From: an uncultured delta proteobacterium
GTDB taxonomy: Bacteria > Myxococcota_A > Polyangia > Haliangiales > Haliangiaceae
Direction: 5' to 3'
NCBI GenBank assembly: GCA_963848295.1
Contig: CAWKDB010000010.1
Location: 4,544,001-4,608,000 of the forward strand
DNA length: 64,000 nt
In this document: piece by piece, positions 19,714 through 29,676 of the stretch
How positions within the stretch are numbered: position 1 is the stretch's first letter
How the letters are laid out: every line of letters begins with the position of its first letter
Position numbers and translations under genes: made by a program
Notes under the pieces: model-generated
The model's database searches: none
The model's input: the letters and a program-made list of their open reading frames with translations, nothing else
What the model was told of the DNA's origin: nothing

Positions 19714-20498
19714 GCCGCGAGCGTAGCAGCGGTCGCGAACCAGCGCTGGGCGGGCGCGACGTCGATGCCGAGCCGTGCGAAGCCGGGGACCACGAGGTCT
19801 TTGATCGCCGCGAGGACGGTCGCATCGACCTCGTCCCAACGCGGGCAGCCGTGCGCGGGAAGTGCGTCGCTGATCGGCCGCTGCGGACGGTCGCGCCACG
19901 CCCGTAAGTTCAGCGCGCACAGCTCGGGCAACCACTGGCCGAGCGCGATCCGGGCCGCGGGCTCGAGCGTTGCGACGAACGCCCAGCCGATCCGCGCGTG
20001 ATCGATCTCGTCGGTGAGCAGCTCGCGCAACGCGGCGCGCACCAGCGCACCGGTCGCTCGCTCGCGGCACAGCTCGAGGAAGGCGCTGCCGGTCGTCTCG
20101 TTGAAGCACGACATCCCGACGACGTGCAGCACGCGGCGCAGCGCGCGATTTGCTCCCGCGTGACGCGGGATCGTGACCTCGAGCTTGCGCGGCGCCGGCA
20201 GCGGCGCGTCGGCGTAGGCGGCGGCGACGCGCGCGCACAGCTCGGAGTGGCGAACCTCGTCGCTGACCGCGCGCCGGGCGAGCGCGACCAGGTCGCCGTG
20301 CGCACCGGCGGCGGCGAGCGTATCGGCGATGTAGGCGAACGATCCCGACGCGCGCAGCTCGGCTTCGGATCGACCGTGCCAGACCGCGGCCACGACGGCA
20401 CGCTCGTCGGCGGTGAGCGCGGCGATCGCCGGATCGTGCGCGGGCAGCGGATGGCGCGTCGGCGCGGCGAGCGGTGCGAGGCGACGCGCCGCGATCAT
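19710..20498 (-). CDS. Ferritin-like diiron-carboxylate protein
   Basis: E(AELRAS)...DEVRH...NETTG...DEIDHAR; ATG overlaps the upstream stop. Confidence 0.85.
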   Translation of the reverse strand: MIAARRLAPLAAPTRHPLPAHDPAIAALTADERAVVAAVWHGRSEAELRASGSFAYIADTLAAAGAHGDLVALARRAVSDEVRHSELCARVAAAYADAPLPAPRKLEVTIPRHAGANRALRRVLHVVGMSCFNETTGSAFLELCRERATGALVRAALRELLTDEIDHARIGWAFVATLEPAARIALGQWLPELCALNLRAWRDRPQRPISDALPAHGCPRWDEVDATVLAAIKDLVVPGFARLGIDVAPAQRWFATAATLAA

Positions 20499-20803
20499 CG
20501 CGACTCTCCGGTCTCGTGGCTGCCGTCGGCGTGAGGCGCGCTGGAGCCCGGGTCGGGCGGCACGTCGGGCAAGACGTCGGGCCGACCCGCGTCGATGATT
20601 CCCCAGCCGGCGTCGGCGATGTGGCTCCAATAGGTGTCGCCTCCGATGTCGATGATCGGCCAGGCATCGCTACCGTGGTCGCTCCCGTGTCCGGTGTCGG
20701 GACCGAAGTACAGCTCGCAGCCCGGCACCAGCGTGACGACCCCGGAGGTCACCCCGAGCCCGGCGCCGAACACCACGATCGATCGAAACAGTCGGCTGGT
20801 CAT
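20495..20803 (-). CDS. Small exported/lipoprotein with three W-x-x-I acidic repeats
   Basis: MTSRLFRSIVVFGAGLG...VPGC, then DAWPIID, TYWSHIAD, AGWGIID. Confidence 0.65.
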   Translation of the reverse strand: MTSRLFRSIVVFGAGLGVTSGVVTLVPGCELYFGPDTGHGSDHGSDAWPIIDIGGDTYWSHIADAGWGIIDAGRPDVLPDVPPDPGSSAPHADGSHETGESR

Positions 20804-20903
20804 ACGCTGCACTTCAGCACCGCGCGCGCCACGTCCACGCGAGCGATCTCGCGGCGTTGCACTGCGCGATTCATTGACGCGCTCGGCGATCGCGACTCCG
20901 TTG

Positions 20904-21755
20904 TCAGGGCGCGAGCGTCGCGAGCAGATAGTCAGGCACGACGCTCGACGTCTCGTGCGCGTGCTCCCAGCGCGACACCCCGGCGAGCAACGCCGCGTGC
21001 AGGCCGGCGGCGCGCGCACCGGCGATGTCGGTCTCGAGCTGGTCGCCGATCATCACGAGCCGATCGGGCGCGATCGCGAGCCGGCGCGCGGCCTCGCGGA
21101 ACAGGTGCGGCTCGGGCTTGCCGAGGCGCGCGAACGCGAACCGCTTCGCGGGAAATCGCCGGGCGAGCGCCGCTTCGATCATCAGCGCGATCGTCCCCGA
21201 GGTGAACCCGAGCTCGCCATCGCCTTTCGGATACACGAGGTCGGGGTTCGGCAGGATCAACGCGGGCATCCGGCCCGCTTCGACCGCGCGCACGACCGCG
21301 TTGAACGCGCGCTCGACGCCGGGCAAGAAATCGAAGCCCGAGTCGTCGCAGATCGCGAGCGCGTCGATCGCCTCGGTCGCGTCGTTCGCGGCCACCGGCA
21401 CGCCGCCGCCTTCGACGACGTAGGCCTCGGAGTCCTCGGTGCCGAGCACGAACGTGCGCGCGCCGACCAAGCCGTGCGCGCGGAAATATGGCGGCAACAG
21501 GCTCCCCGACGTGACGACATTGGCCTCCGGCACCGTCGCGCCATAGCCGGCGAACCGCTTCGCGTACGTCGCTTGCGAGCGCGACGCGTCGTTGCTGACG
21601 ATCGCCCACGCGCGGCCGCGGCGGTCGAGCTCGGCGAGGAGCTCCGCCGCGCCGGGCAAGATCCCGCGAGCATCGACGAGCACGCCATAGGCGTCGAGCA
21701 GGATGCCGTCGTAACACTCGATCAGCTCGGCGATCGCGACCGGTCGCGGCGTCAT
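20904..21755 (-). CDS. HAD-IIA (NagD-like) phosphatase
   Basis: [13 protein letters not shown] and [10 protein letters not shown] motifs. Confidence 0.9.
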   Translation of the reverse strand: MTPRPVAIAELIECYDGILLDAYGVLVDARGILPGAAELLAELDRRGRAWAIVSNDASRSQATYAKRFAGYGATVPEANVVTSGSLLPPYFRAHGLVGARTFVLGTEDSEAYVVEGGGVPVAANDATEAIDALAICDDSGFDFLPGVERAFNAVVRAVEAGRMPALILPNPDLVYPKGDGELGFTSGTIALMIEAALARRFPAKRFAFARLGKPEPHLFREAARRLAIAPDRLVMIGDQLETDIAGARAAGLHAALLAGVSRWEHAHETSSVVPDYLLATLAP

Positions 21756-21777
21756 AGACCTCTGCTATACCGCAGTC

Positions 21778-22572
21778 ATGCGCCCGTACCTCGATCTGTT
21801 GCGCCACGTGCTCGAGCACGGCGAGCAGCGCACCGATCGCACCGGCACCGGGACGATCTCGGTGTTCGGGGTGCAGACTCGCTACGATCTGCGCGCGGGC
21901 TTTCCGATCGTGACGACGAAGAAGGTGCTGTTTCCCGCGGTCGTGCACGAGCTGCTGTGGTTCCTGCGCGGCTCGACGAACATCAACGACGAGCTGACGC
22001 AGCACACGCCGATCTGGGACGCGTGGGCCGACGCCGAAGGCAACCTCGGGCCGATCTACGGTCATCAATGGCGGCATTGGGGCGTCGCACCGGGCGAGCC
22101 CGGCGGCGTCGATCAGATCCAGCAGGTGCTCGACACGCTCAAGCGCGATCCATCCTCGCGCCGGATCATCGTGTCGGCCTGGAACGTCGCCGACCTCCCG
22201 AAGATGAAGCTGCCGCCGTGCCACGCGCTGTTTCAGTTCTACGTCGCCGGTGGTGCTCTGGATTGTCAGCTCTACCAGCGTTCGGCCGACCTCGCGCTCG
22301 GCGTGCCGTTCAACATCGCGAGCTACGCGTTGCTGATGGCGATGATCGCGAACGAGTGCAAGCTCGAGCCGCGCTACTTCGTGCACACCCTCGGCGACGC
22401 GCACATCTACGCGAACCACGTCGAAGGCGTGAAGATCCAGCTCGCGCGCGAGCCGCGGCCGCTGCCGAAGCTCGTGCTCGCCGACAAGCCGGTGCTCGCG
22501 ATGACGTACGACAACATCGCGCTCGAGGGCTACCAGCACGACGCGTTCATCAAGTTTCCGGTCGCGGTCTGA
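21778..22572 (+). CDS. thyA: Thymidylate synthase
   Basis: DRTGTGT, LPPCH and [16 protein letters not shown] motifs. Confidence 0.97.
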   Translation: MRPYLDLLRHVLEHGEQRTDRTGTGTISVFGVQTRYDLRAGFPIVTTKKVLFPAVVHELLWFLRGSTNINDELTQHTPIWDAWADAEGNLGPIYGHQWRHWGVAPGEPGGVDQIQQVLDTLKRDPSSRRIIVSAWNVADLPKMKLPPCHALFQFYVAGGALDCQLYQRSADLALGVPFNIASYALLMAMIANECKLEPRYFVHTLGDAHIYANHVEGVKIQLAREPRPLPKLVLADKPVLAMTYDNIALEGYQHDAFIKFPVAV

Positions 22573-22573
22573 G

Positions 22574-23095
22574 TCAGCGCTTCGCGTAGCGCGCGATCTC
22601 GTAGCGGATGCCGTTGTCTTCGCCTTCGCACGCGCCGTCCCAGTTCACGATCGCGAAGCCGAGCGCCTTGATGTTCGGGATCTCGACGTCGCAGCCGAAC
22701 CGGCCGTGCACCCGGGTCAGGTAGACCCAGCGCAGCGCCTCGTGGCCGAACGCCTCGCGGAACAAGACGGCGCCGCCGACGACAAACGCGGTCTCGGCGT
22801 CGCGGGCCAGGTCGAGCGCCATGTCGAGCGAGCCCGCGGCGAGCACGCTCGGCGGCAGCTCGATCGTCCCACGCGTGACGACGATGTTCGTGCGCTTGGG
22901 TAGCGGCCGGCCGCGAACCTCGGCCGATTCCCAGGTCTTGCGTCCCATCACGATCGCGTTATGGCGCCCGGGCGACGCGGCGCTCGTCAGCTTACGGAAG
23001 TGGGCGAGGTCACCGGCCAGCTTGGGCCATGGCAGGGCATTCGATTTCCCGATCCCCCAGTCGAGGTCGGCCGCGACAACGACATCGAAGCTCAC
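22574..23095 (-). CDS. folA: Dihydrofolate reductase
   Basis: GIGKSNALPW, MGRKTWES, RPLPKRTNIV and VVGG motifs; GTG start at 23095. Confidence 0.93.
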   Translation of the reverse strand: MSFDVVVAADLDWGIGKSNALPWPKLAGDLAHFRKLTSAASPGRHNAIVMGRKTWESAEVRGRPLPKRTNIVVTRGTIELPPSVLAAGSLDMALDLARDAETAFVVGGAVLFREAFGHEALRWVYLTRVHGRFGCDVEIPNIKALGFAIVNWDGACEGEDNGIRYEIARYAKR

Positions 23096-23165
23096 GTGGG
23101 CACGGTACCGCAGGCGCGTACATCGCACACCGGTTCGAACCGCGCGATAATGGTTCGGGGGACTC

Positions 23166-24320
23166 ATGCGCTCGCACCTCGGTCTCGCGCTCGGGATCTT
23201 CGCGGCTTGCTCACCGCATCATGGCGACGGGCCCGATGCCGGCGGCAACTCGTGCATTGGTACGGAGACGCAATGCAACGGCCTGGACTTCCAGACCTGT
23301 AACGACGGCACCTTCGAGACGACGCAGACGTGCAGCGGCGCGTGCTTGGCGGCGCTCGGCGGATGTGTCGCTTGCGATCCGAGCGCGGGCAACACGTGCA
23401 ACGCGAACACCGCGGTGACGTGCAACGCCGACGGCTCGTTCGGGTCGACGATCATGACGTGCGGCGAGGGCACCGCGTGCTCCGGCGGCACGTGCAACGA
23501 CGCGTGCACCGCCGATGGCGTCGACCTGGTCTACGTCGTCGACGAGTCGAACGACTTCTTGAGCTTCGATCCGCGCAAGCTCCCGGGCGATCCATTCACG
23601 ATGATCGGCGTGCTGGATTGCCCGCACAACGACACGTCGATCGAGGTGCCGGCGCAAGGCGTCATCCCGTTCTCGATGTCGATCGATCGCAACGGCAAGG
23701 CGTGGGTGCTGTACGCGAGCGGCGAGCTATTCAACGTGTCGCTCACCGACGCGTCGTGCACCGCGGTCGACAACGTGATCGGCGCCGCCGGCATGGAGCT
23801 GTTCGGCATGGGGTTCTCGACGGATTCGGTCGGCGGTAACACCGAGCACCTGTTCATCGCCGGCGGTGGCCAATCGGCGCAGCCGATGGGCAAGCTCGCC
23901 GACATCGATACGACGCTCGCGGACCTCACGCCGACCGTGCTCGGGACGTTGACCGCACCCTCGGACTACAGCCCGGAGCTCACCGGCACGAGCGAGGCGA
24001 AGCTGTTCGGGTTCTATCCCGTGCTCACGACCGGGCCGGCGTACGTCCAAGAGATCGACAAGACCAGCGGCGCCCCCGTCGGCCAGGTGTGGAACCTCGG
24101 GACGAGCGGCCTCGGCGATCAGATCACCGATTGGGCGTTCGCCCAGTGGGGCGGCGTGTTCTACGTATTCGTCACGACCGCCGACGCCGCCAGCACCCGG
24201 ACCTCGACCGTCCGAGCGATCGATCGCGCGACCAACACCTACAGCGTCGTGCTGCCGAACGTCCAGTACTTCATCGATGGCGCCGGCGTCTCGACCTGCG
24301 CGCCGATCACGATCCAATGA
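23166..24320 (+). CDS. Cys-rich lipoprotein with C-terminal propeller-like domain
   Basis: FAAC lipobox, Cys-rich N-half, and a GAGVSTCAP C-terminus typical of myxobacterial lipoproteins. Confidence 0.8.
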   Translation: MRSHLGLALGIFAACSPHHGDGPDAGGNSCIGTETQCNGLDFQTCNDGTFETTQTCSGACLAALGGCVACDPSAGNTCNANTAVTCNADGSFGSTIMTCGEGTACSGGTCNDACTADGVDLVYVVDESNDFLSFDPRKLPGDPFTMIGVLDCPHNDTSIEVPAQGVIPFSMSIDRNGKAWVLYASGELFNVSLTDASCTAVDNVIGAAGMELFGMGFSTDSVGGNTEHLFIAGGGQSAQPMGKLADIDTTLADLTPTVLGTLTAPSDYSPELTGTSEAKLFGFYPVLTTGPAYVQEIDKTSGAPVGQVWNLGTSGLGDQITDWAFAQWGGVFYVFVTTADAASTRTSTVRAIDRATNTYSVVLPNVQYFIDGAGVSTCAPITIQ

Positions 24321-24323
24321 CCC

Positions 24324-24414
24324 GGGGACGCTGTCTCTATTGTCAACCAGTGCCCCAGGCCCAACTGCGCGAAATACCAGCGCTCTGATTGGGGACGCTG
24401 TCTCTATTGTCAAC
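24324..24414 (+). repeat. Direct pair of 24-bp GGGACG-N8-WTTGTCAAC repeats (period 67)
   Basis: ggggacgctgtctctattgtcaac, identical at 24324-24347 and 24391-24414. Confidence 0.95.
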
Positions 24415-24466
24415 TAACGGCCTTGGACCCAGCCGCCCGGGTCCCCGAAGTCGAGGTCACGCGTCG

Positions 24467-25864
24467 CTAATTGAGCAGCGCTTCGGTTTCGCCGGTGTCG
24501 GTCGTCTTCTTCGGCGCACTCTGGTCGGCGAGCCGCTGCTTGTTCTGTTCCATCACGAACTGCATGACGTAGGGGAAGCCGACCTGGATGCCGTTGAGCT
24601 TCGGCGCCAGCATCGCCTGCAGACCGAACATGATGACGCTCGCGCGCTCGACGTAGAACCAGCCTTCGGGGTACGCGATCGACTTCATCAAGCCGCGTAG
24701 CTCTTCGCGCTTCATGTCCGGATCGGCGAGCTGTTGCGCGACCGCGGGATCGATCTTGCCGAAGTCGGTGATGTTGAGGTTGAGCAGCTTCTCGAAGTAC
24801 TTGCGCACGGTCTTCTCGAGCAGCTCGCGATCGCCGCCCGGCGCCATGAAGCCCATCTCGTCGATGCCCTTGACGACGAGATCATCCTTGCGTGTCATCA
24901 GGCCGCTCAGGATGTCGAACATGCCGTCGGCGAGGTTCTGGCGCAGCTCGGTCGCCGAGCCGAGATCGAGCACGACGATCCGGACCTGACCTTCGGGCCC
25001 CTTTTGCACGAAGAAGTTTCCGGGATGTGGATCGGCGTGGAAGAACCGGTCGATGAACAGCTGCTTGTAGAACACCTTGGTCAGCTTGGTCGCGACGTCG
25101 TATGGATCCAGCTGGAGCGTCGCGAGCGCGTCCTTCTTCGAGATCTTGACGCCATCCATGAACGACATCGTCAACACCGTGCGGCTCGACCACTCGGGGT
25201 AGACTTTCGGGAACAGCACGTCGGGATCGCTCTCGAAGTTCTTCGCCATTCGCGCGATCATGCGCGCCTCGTTCTCGAGATCGGTTTCGCGCTCGAGCAT
25301 GTCGGCGAGCTGCTCGTGGACGCGCATGATCTGCTGCATCGGCACGAAGTGGCGATAGACGCGCAACGCCCAGCCGAGCACGCGCAGGTCGACCTTGATG
25401 ATCGTCGCGACGTTCGGATAGAGGATCTTGACCGCGAGCCGCTCGCCCGCTTCGTTGCGCGCCTCGTGGACCTGGCCGAGCGACGCCGCCGCGATCGGTT
25501 CGTGCTCGAACGACGCGAACACCTCGGTCGGCAGCCGGCCGAACGCTTTGACAAACGTCGACACGATCGACTTGTAGGTCGCGGGCGGAACGTCGTCTTG
25601 CAGCGCCTCGAGCTCTTCGACGTACTCCCGCGGCAGGAACGTGCCCATGATCGACAAGATCTGGCCGAGCTTGATGTAGACGCCGCGCAACGACACGAAG
25701 CCTCGGAACATCCGGCGCGCGTTGCGGCGATGGATCTTTTTCCACCGCGCTTTGGTCGCGTAGCGCGTCGGCCATAGCTGGGTCCACGCCACCTGCCACA
25801 TGTAACTCAGGAAGATGACCGCGAAGACTCGCGTCGCGCGGATCAGTCGAATGGCGGCGGACAT
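24467..25864 (-). CDS. AarF/ABC1/UbiB-family kinase
   Basis: YIKLGQ, AAASLGQVH, FHADPHPGN and DLG motifs. Confidence 0.92.
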   Translation of the reverse strand: MSAAIRLIRATRVFAVIFLSYMWQVAWTQLWPTRYATKARWKKIHRRNARRMFRGFVSLRGVYIKLGQILSIMGTFLPREYVEELEALQDDVPPATYKSIVSTFVKAFGRLPTEVFASFEHEPIAAASLGQVHEARNEAGERLAVKILYPNVATIIKVDLRVLGWALRVYRHFVPMQQIMRVHEQLADMLERETDLENEARMIARMAKNFESDPDVLFPKVYPEWSSRTVLTMSFMDGVKISKKDALATLQLDPYDVATKLTKVFYKQLFIDRFFHADPHPGNFFVQKGPEGQVRIVVLDLGSATELRQNLADGMFDILSGLMTRKDDLVVKGIDEMGFMAPGGDRELLEKTVRKYFEKLLNLNITDFGKIDPAVAQQLADPDMKREELRGLMKSIAYPEGWFYVERASVIMFGLQAMLAPKLNGIQVGFPYVMQFVMEQNKQRLADQSAPKKTTDTGETEALLN

Positions 25865-25905
25865 AGGCTAGCTGCGGACGTTGTCCTCGATGCTAGCATG
25901 TGCCC

Positions 25906-26814
25906 GTGACCGACCTGTTCGATCGTGCGGCGAGCTACTTCCACCAGCTGCAGACCGACATCTGCGCTGCACTCGCAGATGCCGACGGCGCGGCGTTGTT
26001 CGGCGCCGATGCGTGGCAGCGCCCGGGCGGCGGCGGCGGGGTCGCCCGCGTGCTCGAAAACGGCGTGGTGTTCGAGAAGGCGGGAGTCAACTGGTCGAGC
26101 GTCGACGGCGAACTACCGGTCGAGCTCGCCGAGCAGATGCCGGGTGAGGGACGCGCGTTCCGGGCGAGCGGGGTGTCGCTGGTCATCCACCCGAAGTCGC
26201 CGATGGTGCCGACCACCCACGCGAACTTTCGCTGCATCGAGAAGGGCGGCACGGTGTGGTTCGGCGGCGGGGCCGACCTGACGCCGTATTACCTGTTCCG
26301 CGAGGACGCGGTCCATTTCCACCGGACGCTCGCCGACGCCTGCGACCGCCATCGCCCGATCGGCGACTACGAGCGGTTCAAGAAGTGGTGCGATGACTAC
26401 TTTTTCCTGCCGCACCGCAACGAGACGCGCGGAGTCGGCGGGGTGTTCTTCGATTACCTCGGCAGCAAACACGAGTTCCCGGCCGAGAAGGTGTTCGACT
26501 TCGTGCGCGAGCTCGGCGATGCGTGGACGACCGCGTACGCGCCGATCGTGGCGCGCCGCAAGCCCGCGACGTGGGGTGACGTCGAGCGCGGCTGGCAGCT
26601 GCGGCGGCGCGGTCGCTACGTCGAGTTTAATTTATTGTACGACCGCGGCACGCTATTCGGGCTCAAGACCAACGGTCGGATCGAGTCGATCTTCATGTCG
26701 CTGCCGCCGATCGTCCGTTGGGACTACGACGCGGGGCCGCAACCGGGCTCGCCCGAAGCCGAGCTGGTCGCGCATCTCAAGGCCATCGACTGGCTCGGGC
26801 GCGCTGCGACATGA
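25906..26814 (+). CDS. hemF: Oxygen-dependent coproporphyrinogen III oxidase
   Basis: FEKAGVN, WFGGGADLTP and RRGRYVEFNLLYDRGT motifs. Confidence 0.96.
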   Translation: MTDLFDRAASYFHQLQTDICAALADADGAALFGADAWQRPGGGGGVARVLENGVVFEKAGVNWSSVDGELPVELAEQMPGEGRAFRASGVSLVIHPKSPMVPTTHANFRCIEKGGTVWFGGGADLTPYYLFREDAVHFHRTLADACDRHRPIGDYERFKKWCDDYFFLPHRNETRGVGGVFFDYLGSKHEFPAEKVFDFVRELGDAWTTAYAPIVARRKPATWGDVERGWQLRRRGRYVEFNLLYDRGTLFGLKTNGRIESIFMSLPPIVRWDYDAGPQPGSPEAELVAHLKAIDWLGRAAT

Positions 26815-26848
26815 ACTGTCGTCGCGCAGGTCGTCAACCTGAGCGGGG

Positions 26849-27227
26849 CTAGAACGTGAAGATCTGCTCGGGACGCTTCTCCGCCGGTTTCGGAGCGGCC
26901 TGCTCCTCGGACTCGGTCCGGCGCTTGATCATCGGCGGCGGCGGCTCGACCGCATAGCGCGCGGCGGCCGAAGTCATCGGCACGATCGGCGCGGGAGTCG
27001 GACGCGACTCTTGCTGGGTCGGTTTCCGGCTTCAGCGGCATCGACGGCGTTGGTCGCGGAGCCGGTGGCGGAGCGATCGTCGTCGCAGCGCCTTCGCCAA
27101 GGAAGTCACCGACGCGGGTCTCGACGAACTGGCTCATCGAGATGTTGTTCGCTTCGCAGAAGGCCTTTAGCCGCTCGTAGGTCGTCCGGCTGACACTGAT
27201 GCTCCGTCGAGTCTGCTTCTTGGCCAT
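26849..27227 (-). CDS. Small ribbon-helix-helix-like protein with Pro-rich tail, probable frameshift near 27027
   Basis: MAKKQTRRSISVSRTTYERLKAFC...MSQFVE. The alternate frame continues PTQQESRPTPAPIVPM...PEQIFTF* (TAG 26849) and avoids overlap with hemF. Confidence 0.65.
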
Positions 27228-27431
27228 AATAAAATCCTTACGCTACGGGTAGGGCATCGTCAAGGCGTACCTACTAGCCTTGGACTCCCGTTTGACGCGA
27301 GCGAACCTACCCCCGGCCTCTGACAACGAAGGGATCGGATCTGCTGATGAATCGGGTGATCCGCGAGTGATCTCGAACGGATCAGCGCCGATCGAATTTT
27401 GATCGCGCCGCACTTCTCGAACCCAGCCCCG

Positions 27432-27470
27432 AAAAATAGAACGGGTCCGACGACGATCGTCGGACCCGTT
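27432..27470 (-). terminator. Intrinsic terminator
   Basis: Perfect 14-bp stem aacgggtccgacga/tcgtcggacccgtt (27440-27470), followed on the - strand by CTATTTTT. Confidence 0.8.
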
Positions 27471-27518
27471 TGCTCATCTTACTCGGACTGCGGTTCGCTG
27501 CCCGAGGTCAGGGAGGCG

Positions 27519-27560
27519 TTAGGACCAGACCTCCGGCGAGCAATGACTCAATCGTCTCAT
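27519..27560 (-). CDS. Putative 13-aa peptide MRRLSHCSPEVWS
   Basis: Strong SD GGGGAGGA 9 nt upstream of the ATG. Confidence 0.3.
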   Translation of the reverse strand: MRRLSHCSPEVWS

Positions 27561-27813
27561 AGTGTCTTGTCCTCCCCTGGCATTAGCCAGCAGCCCGATG
27601 GCGCGGCCCGCCAGCAACATTGCAGCGGTTCCCGGCATCGGGCCTTCATAATGGGCACTACGGCCCGTCACGAAGCCCACAGCTCGCGGTGTCCTAATGG
27701 TCACTGCGTGTGTTCTCGACGACCAGCTCCGGTCGCACCTCCCATTGTAGAGCAAGCCGAGGCCAAGCGCCAGAGTCCGGAGTAACGCCGCCGCTGTGCT
27801 ATCTAGCGCAGGC

Positions 27814-28167
27814 ATGACGACCCGGCCGAGCAAGCAGCTCGAGACGTTCCCGAACCCCAAGCGCGGCCGCGACTATCACATCGCGTTCGAATGCCCGGAG
27901 TTCACCTGCTTGTGCCCGATCACCGGCCAGCCGGACTTTGCCACCGTCCACATCGACTATGTCGCGGACGAGCTGTGCGTCGAGCTCAAGAGCTTGAAGC
28001 TCTACCTGTGGAGCTATCGCAACGAAGGCACGTTTCACGAAGCGGTCACGAATCAGATCTGTGATGACATCGTCGCGGCAACCCAGCCGCGCTCGATCAC
28101 GGTGACGGCGACGTTCTTGGTTCGCGGCGGCATCACCACCACGGTGACGGTCACCGCGGGAAAGTAG
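27814..28167 (+). CDS. queF: preQ0 (7-cyano-7-deazaguanine) reductase, type I
   Basis: [15 protein letters not shown] and ELKSLKLYL motifs. Confidence 0.95.
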   Translation: MTTRPSKQLETFPNPKRGRDYHIAFECPEFTCLCPITGQPDFATVHIDYVADELCVELKSLKLYLWSYRNEGTFHEAVTNQICDDIVAATQPRSITVTATFLVRGGITTTVTVTAGK

Positions 28168-28171
28168 ATCG

Positions 28172-28579
28172 ATGTTGAACCGCTTGCTGCTGTTAGCTGC
28201 CGTCGCCGGGTGCGGCGGCGCGTCTTATCAGACGATCAAGATCGTCAACCAGACCGATCGCGACATCCCCGAGATCTACGTCTACAAGATGGGCGCGAAG
28301 GATCACGGCAAGTCAGTCGGCTCGCTGCAGCCGGGAGCTGCGTCGCAGGTCAAGGTGCAAGCCGGCAACGTCGAGGTGCTGGCGTACAGCGCGAAGATGC
28401 AGATCGACGATCACACCCGCGATCGGCCGGAGGCATCGCAGGATGTCGAGCTCGATCGGCCGATCGAGCTGATCTTCTTCGACAGCGGGTCACCGCCGGC
28501 AGCCGCCGCCGGCAACCCGAACGTGATCGGCGTGGAGTTCCGCGTGCCGGTCGGCAAGCCGTCGCCGCCGCCGGAGTGA
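28172..28579 (+). CDS. Small lipoprotein
   Basis: VAGC lipobox; beta-rich soluble domain. Confidence 0.7.
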   Translation: MLNRLLLLAAVAGCGGASYQTIKIVNQTDRDIPEIYVYKMGAKDHGKSVGSLQPGAASQVKVQAGNVEVLAYSAKMQIDDHTRDRPEASQDVELDRPIELIFFDSGSPPAAAAGNPNVIGVEFRVPVGKPSPPPE

Positions 28580-28586
28580 GCGACGA

Positions 28587-29676
28587 CTAAGGCGCGAAGT
28601 GCTCGGTCGACGTCCGGCGCGCCTCGTACGCGGCGGCCTCGGCCTGCGTGAAGGCGGCGTGGCTGCCACATCGTGTTGCTGCCCTCGTGGCCGAGGCGGA
28701 GGTCGCCGGGGTGCGGCTCGGCGATCAACCAGCCAGCCATGTAGCGGTGCTTGTCACCGGTCGGCGCGGTGTGGAGGTGCGCCATCGTCGCGGCGGACAC
28801 GAGCGGCGTGCTCGGCGCCGCGTGAATCGCGAGGAACTTTCCCCAATCGCCGAGGCTGCAGTGCACCGTGCCGGCGGGGCCGAAGCTCGGGGGATTGTCC
28901 GCGTGCGGATCGTTCGGCGCGACCGGGCGTTGATCGCGGTGGCCCCACGGTTCATCGATCTTCGTCGCGTCGCCGGGCGGGCCAAAACCACACGACGTCA
29001 TGTGCAGAGGTGCGAACAGCTCGTCGCGCATCAGCTGCTCCCAGGTCTTGCCGGTCGCGCGCTCGAGTGCCGCGCCGGCGATCACGTAGCCGGCGTTCGA
29101 ATAGACGAACGTGCCCGGGGCTTGTGCGGGCGGGTGAGCGAGCACGGCGGCCACCAGCTTGCTGCGCGCCTCGGGCGCGACACCGTCAGCGAACGCCTGC
29201 CGCGTGATGTCGCTCGGGAGCTCTGCCGGAGCCCCGGCTCGATGCTGGAGCAATTGATCGAGCGTGACCGCAGCGTATCCGGGATCGACCGTGACGCCGG
29301 CGAACAGCTTGTCGAGCCGATCGTCCCAGTGCAACACGCCGCGATCGACATAGATGCCGATCAGCGTCGCGGTCATTGCCTTGGTGTCCGAACCGAGGTG
29401 CCATTGATCGTCGATCGTGGCGGGGTGGCTCGGATCGCCCGCCTTGCGCGAGCCGGTAACCGCGCTCGCGACCAGCTTGCCGCCGCGCCACACTGCCATC
29501 CCGAGCGCGGGCAGATGCTCCGCCATGCGCACCGCCTCGAGCTGCGTCTTGAGATCTGGCGTCACCGCTGGCTCGCTCTTGCCCGGCTCCGCGTCGTGAC
29601 CGCGGCACGCGACCAGCGCGCTGCCCGAAGCGACGAGCGAAACCATGACCGATGCGACGAAAGATCGATGGGTCAT
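28587..29676 (-). CDS. Serine hydrolase (beta-lactamase class C-like) lipoprotein, C-terminus disrupted near 28660
   Basis: SDTK, YSN and HEGSNTMW motifs; the terminal helix SHAAFTQAEAAAYEA...FAP* is in another frame and an intervening strand appears to be missing. Confidence 0.8.

Larger units (their letters stand above)
27432..27738 (-). ncRNA. Putative structured small RNA or small-peptide mRNA
   Basis: TACAAT -10-like box (27744-27749, - strand), several stems and a terminator; no long credible ORF. Confidence 0.4.

Noticed and set aside
27432..27750. tmRNA, RNase P RNA or cobalamin riboswitch
   Set aside because: No tRNA-like ends or AND...AA tag, no GAGGAAAGUCC, and no B12-box recognised.
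27700..27813. preQ1 riboswitch upstream of queF
   Set aside because: No preQ1-I stem with A-rich tail seen; the structured region is oriented away from queF.
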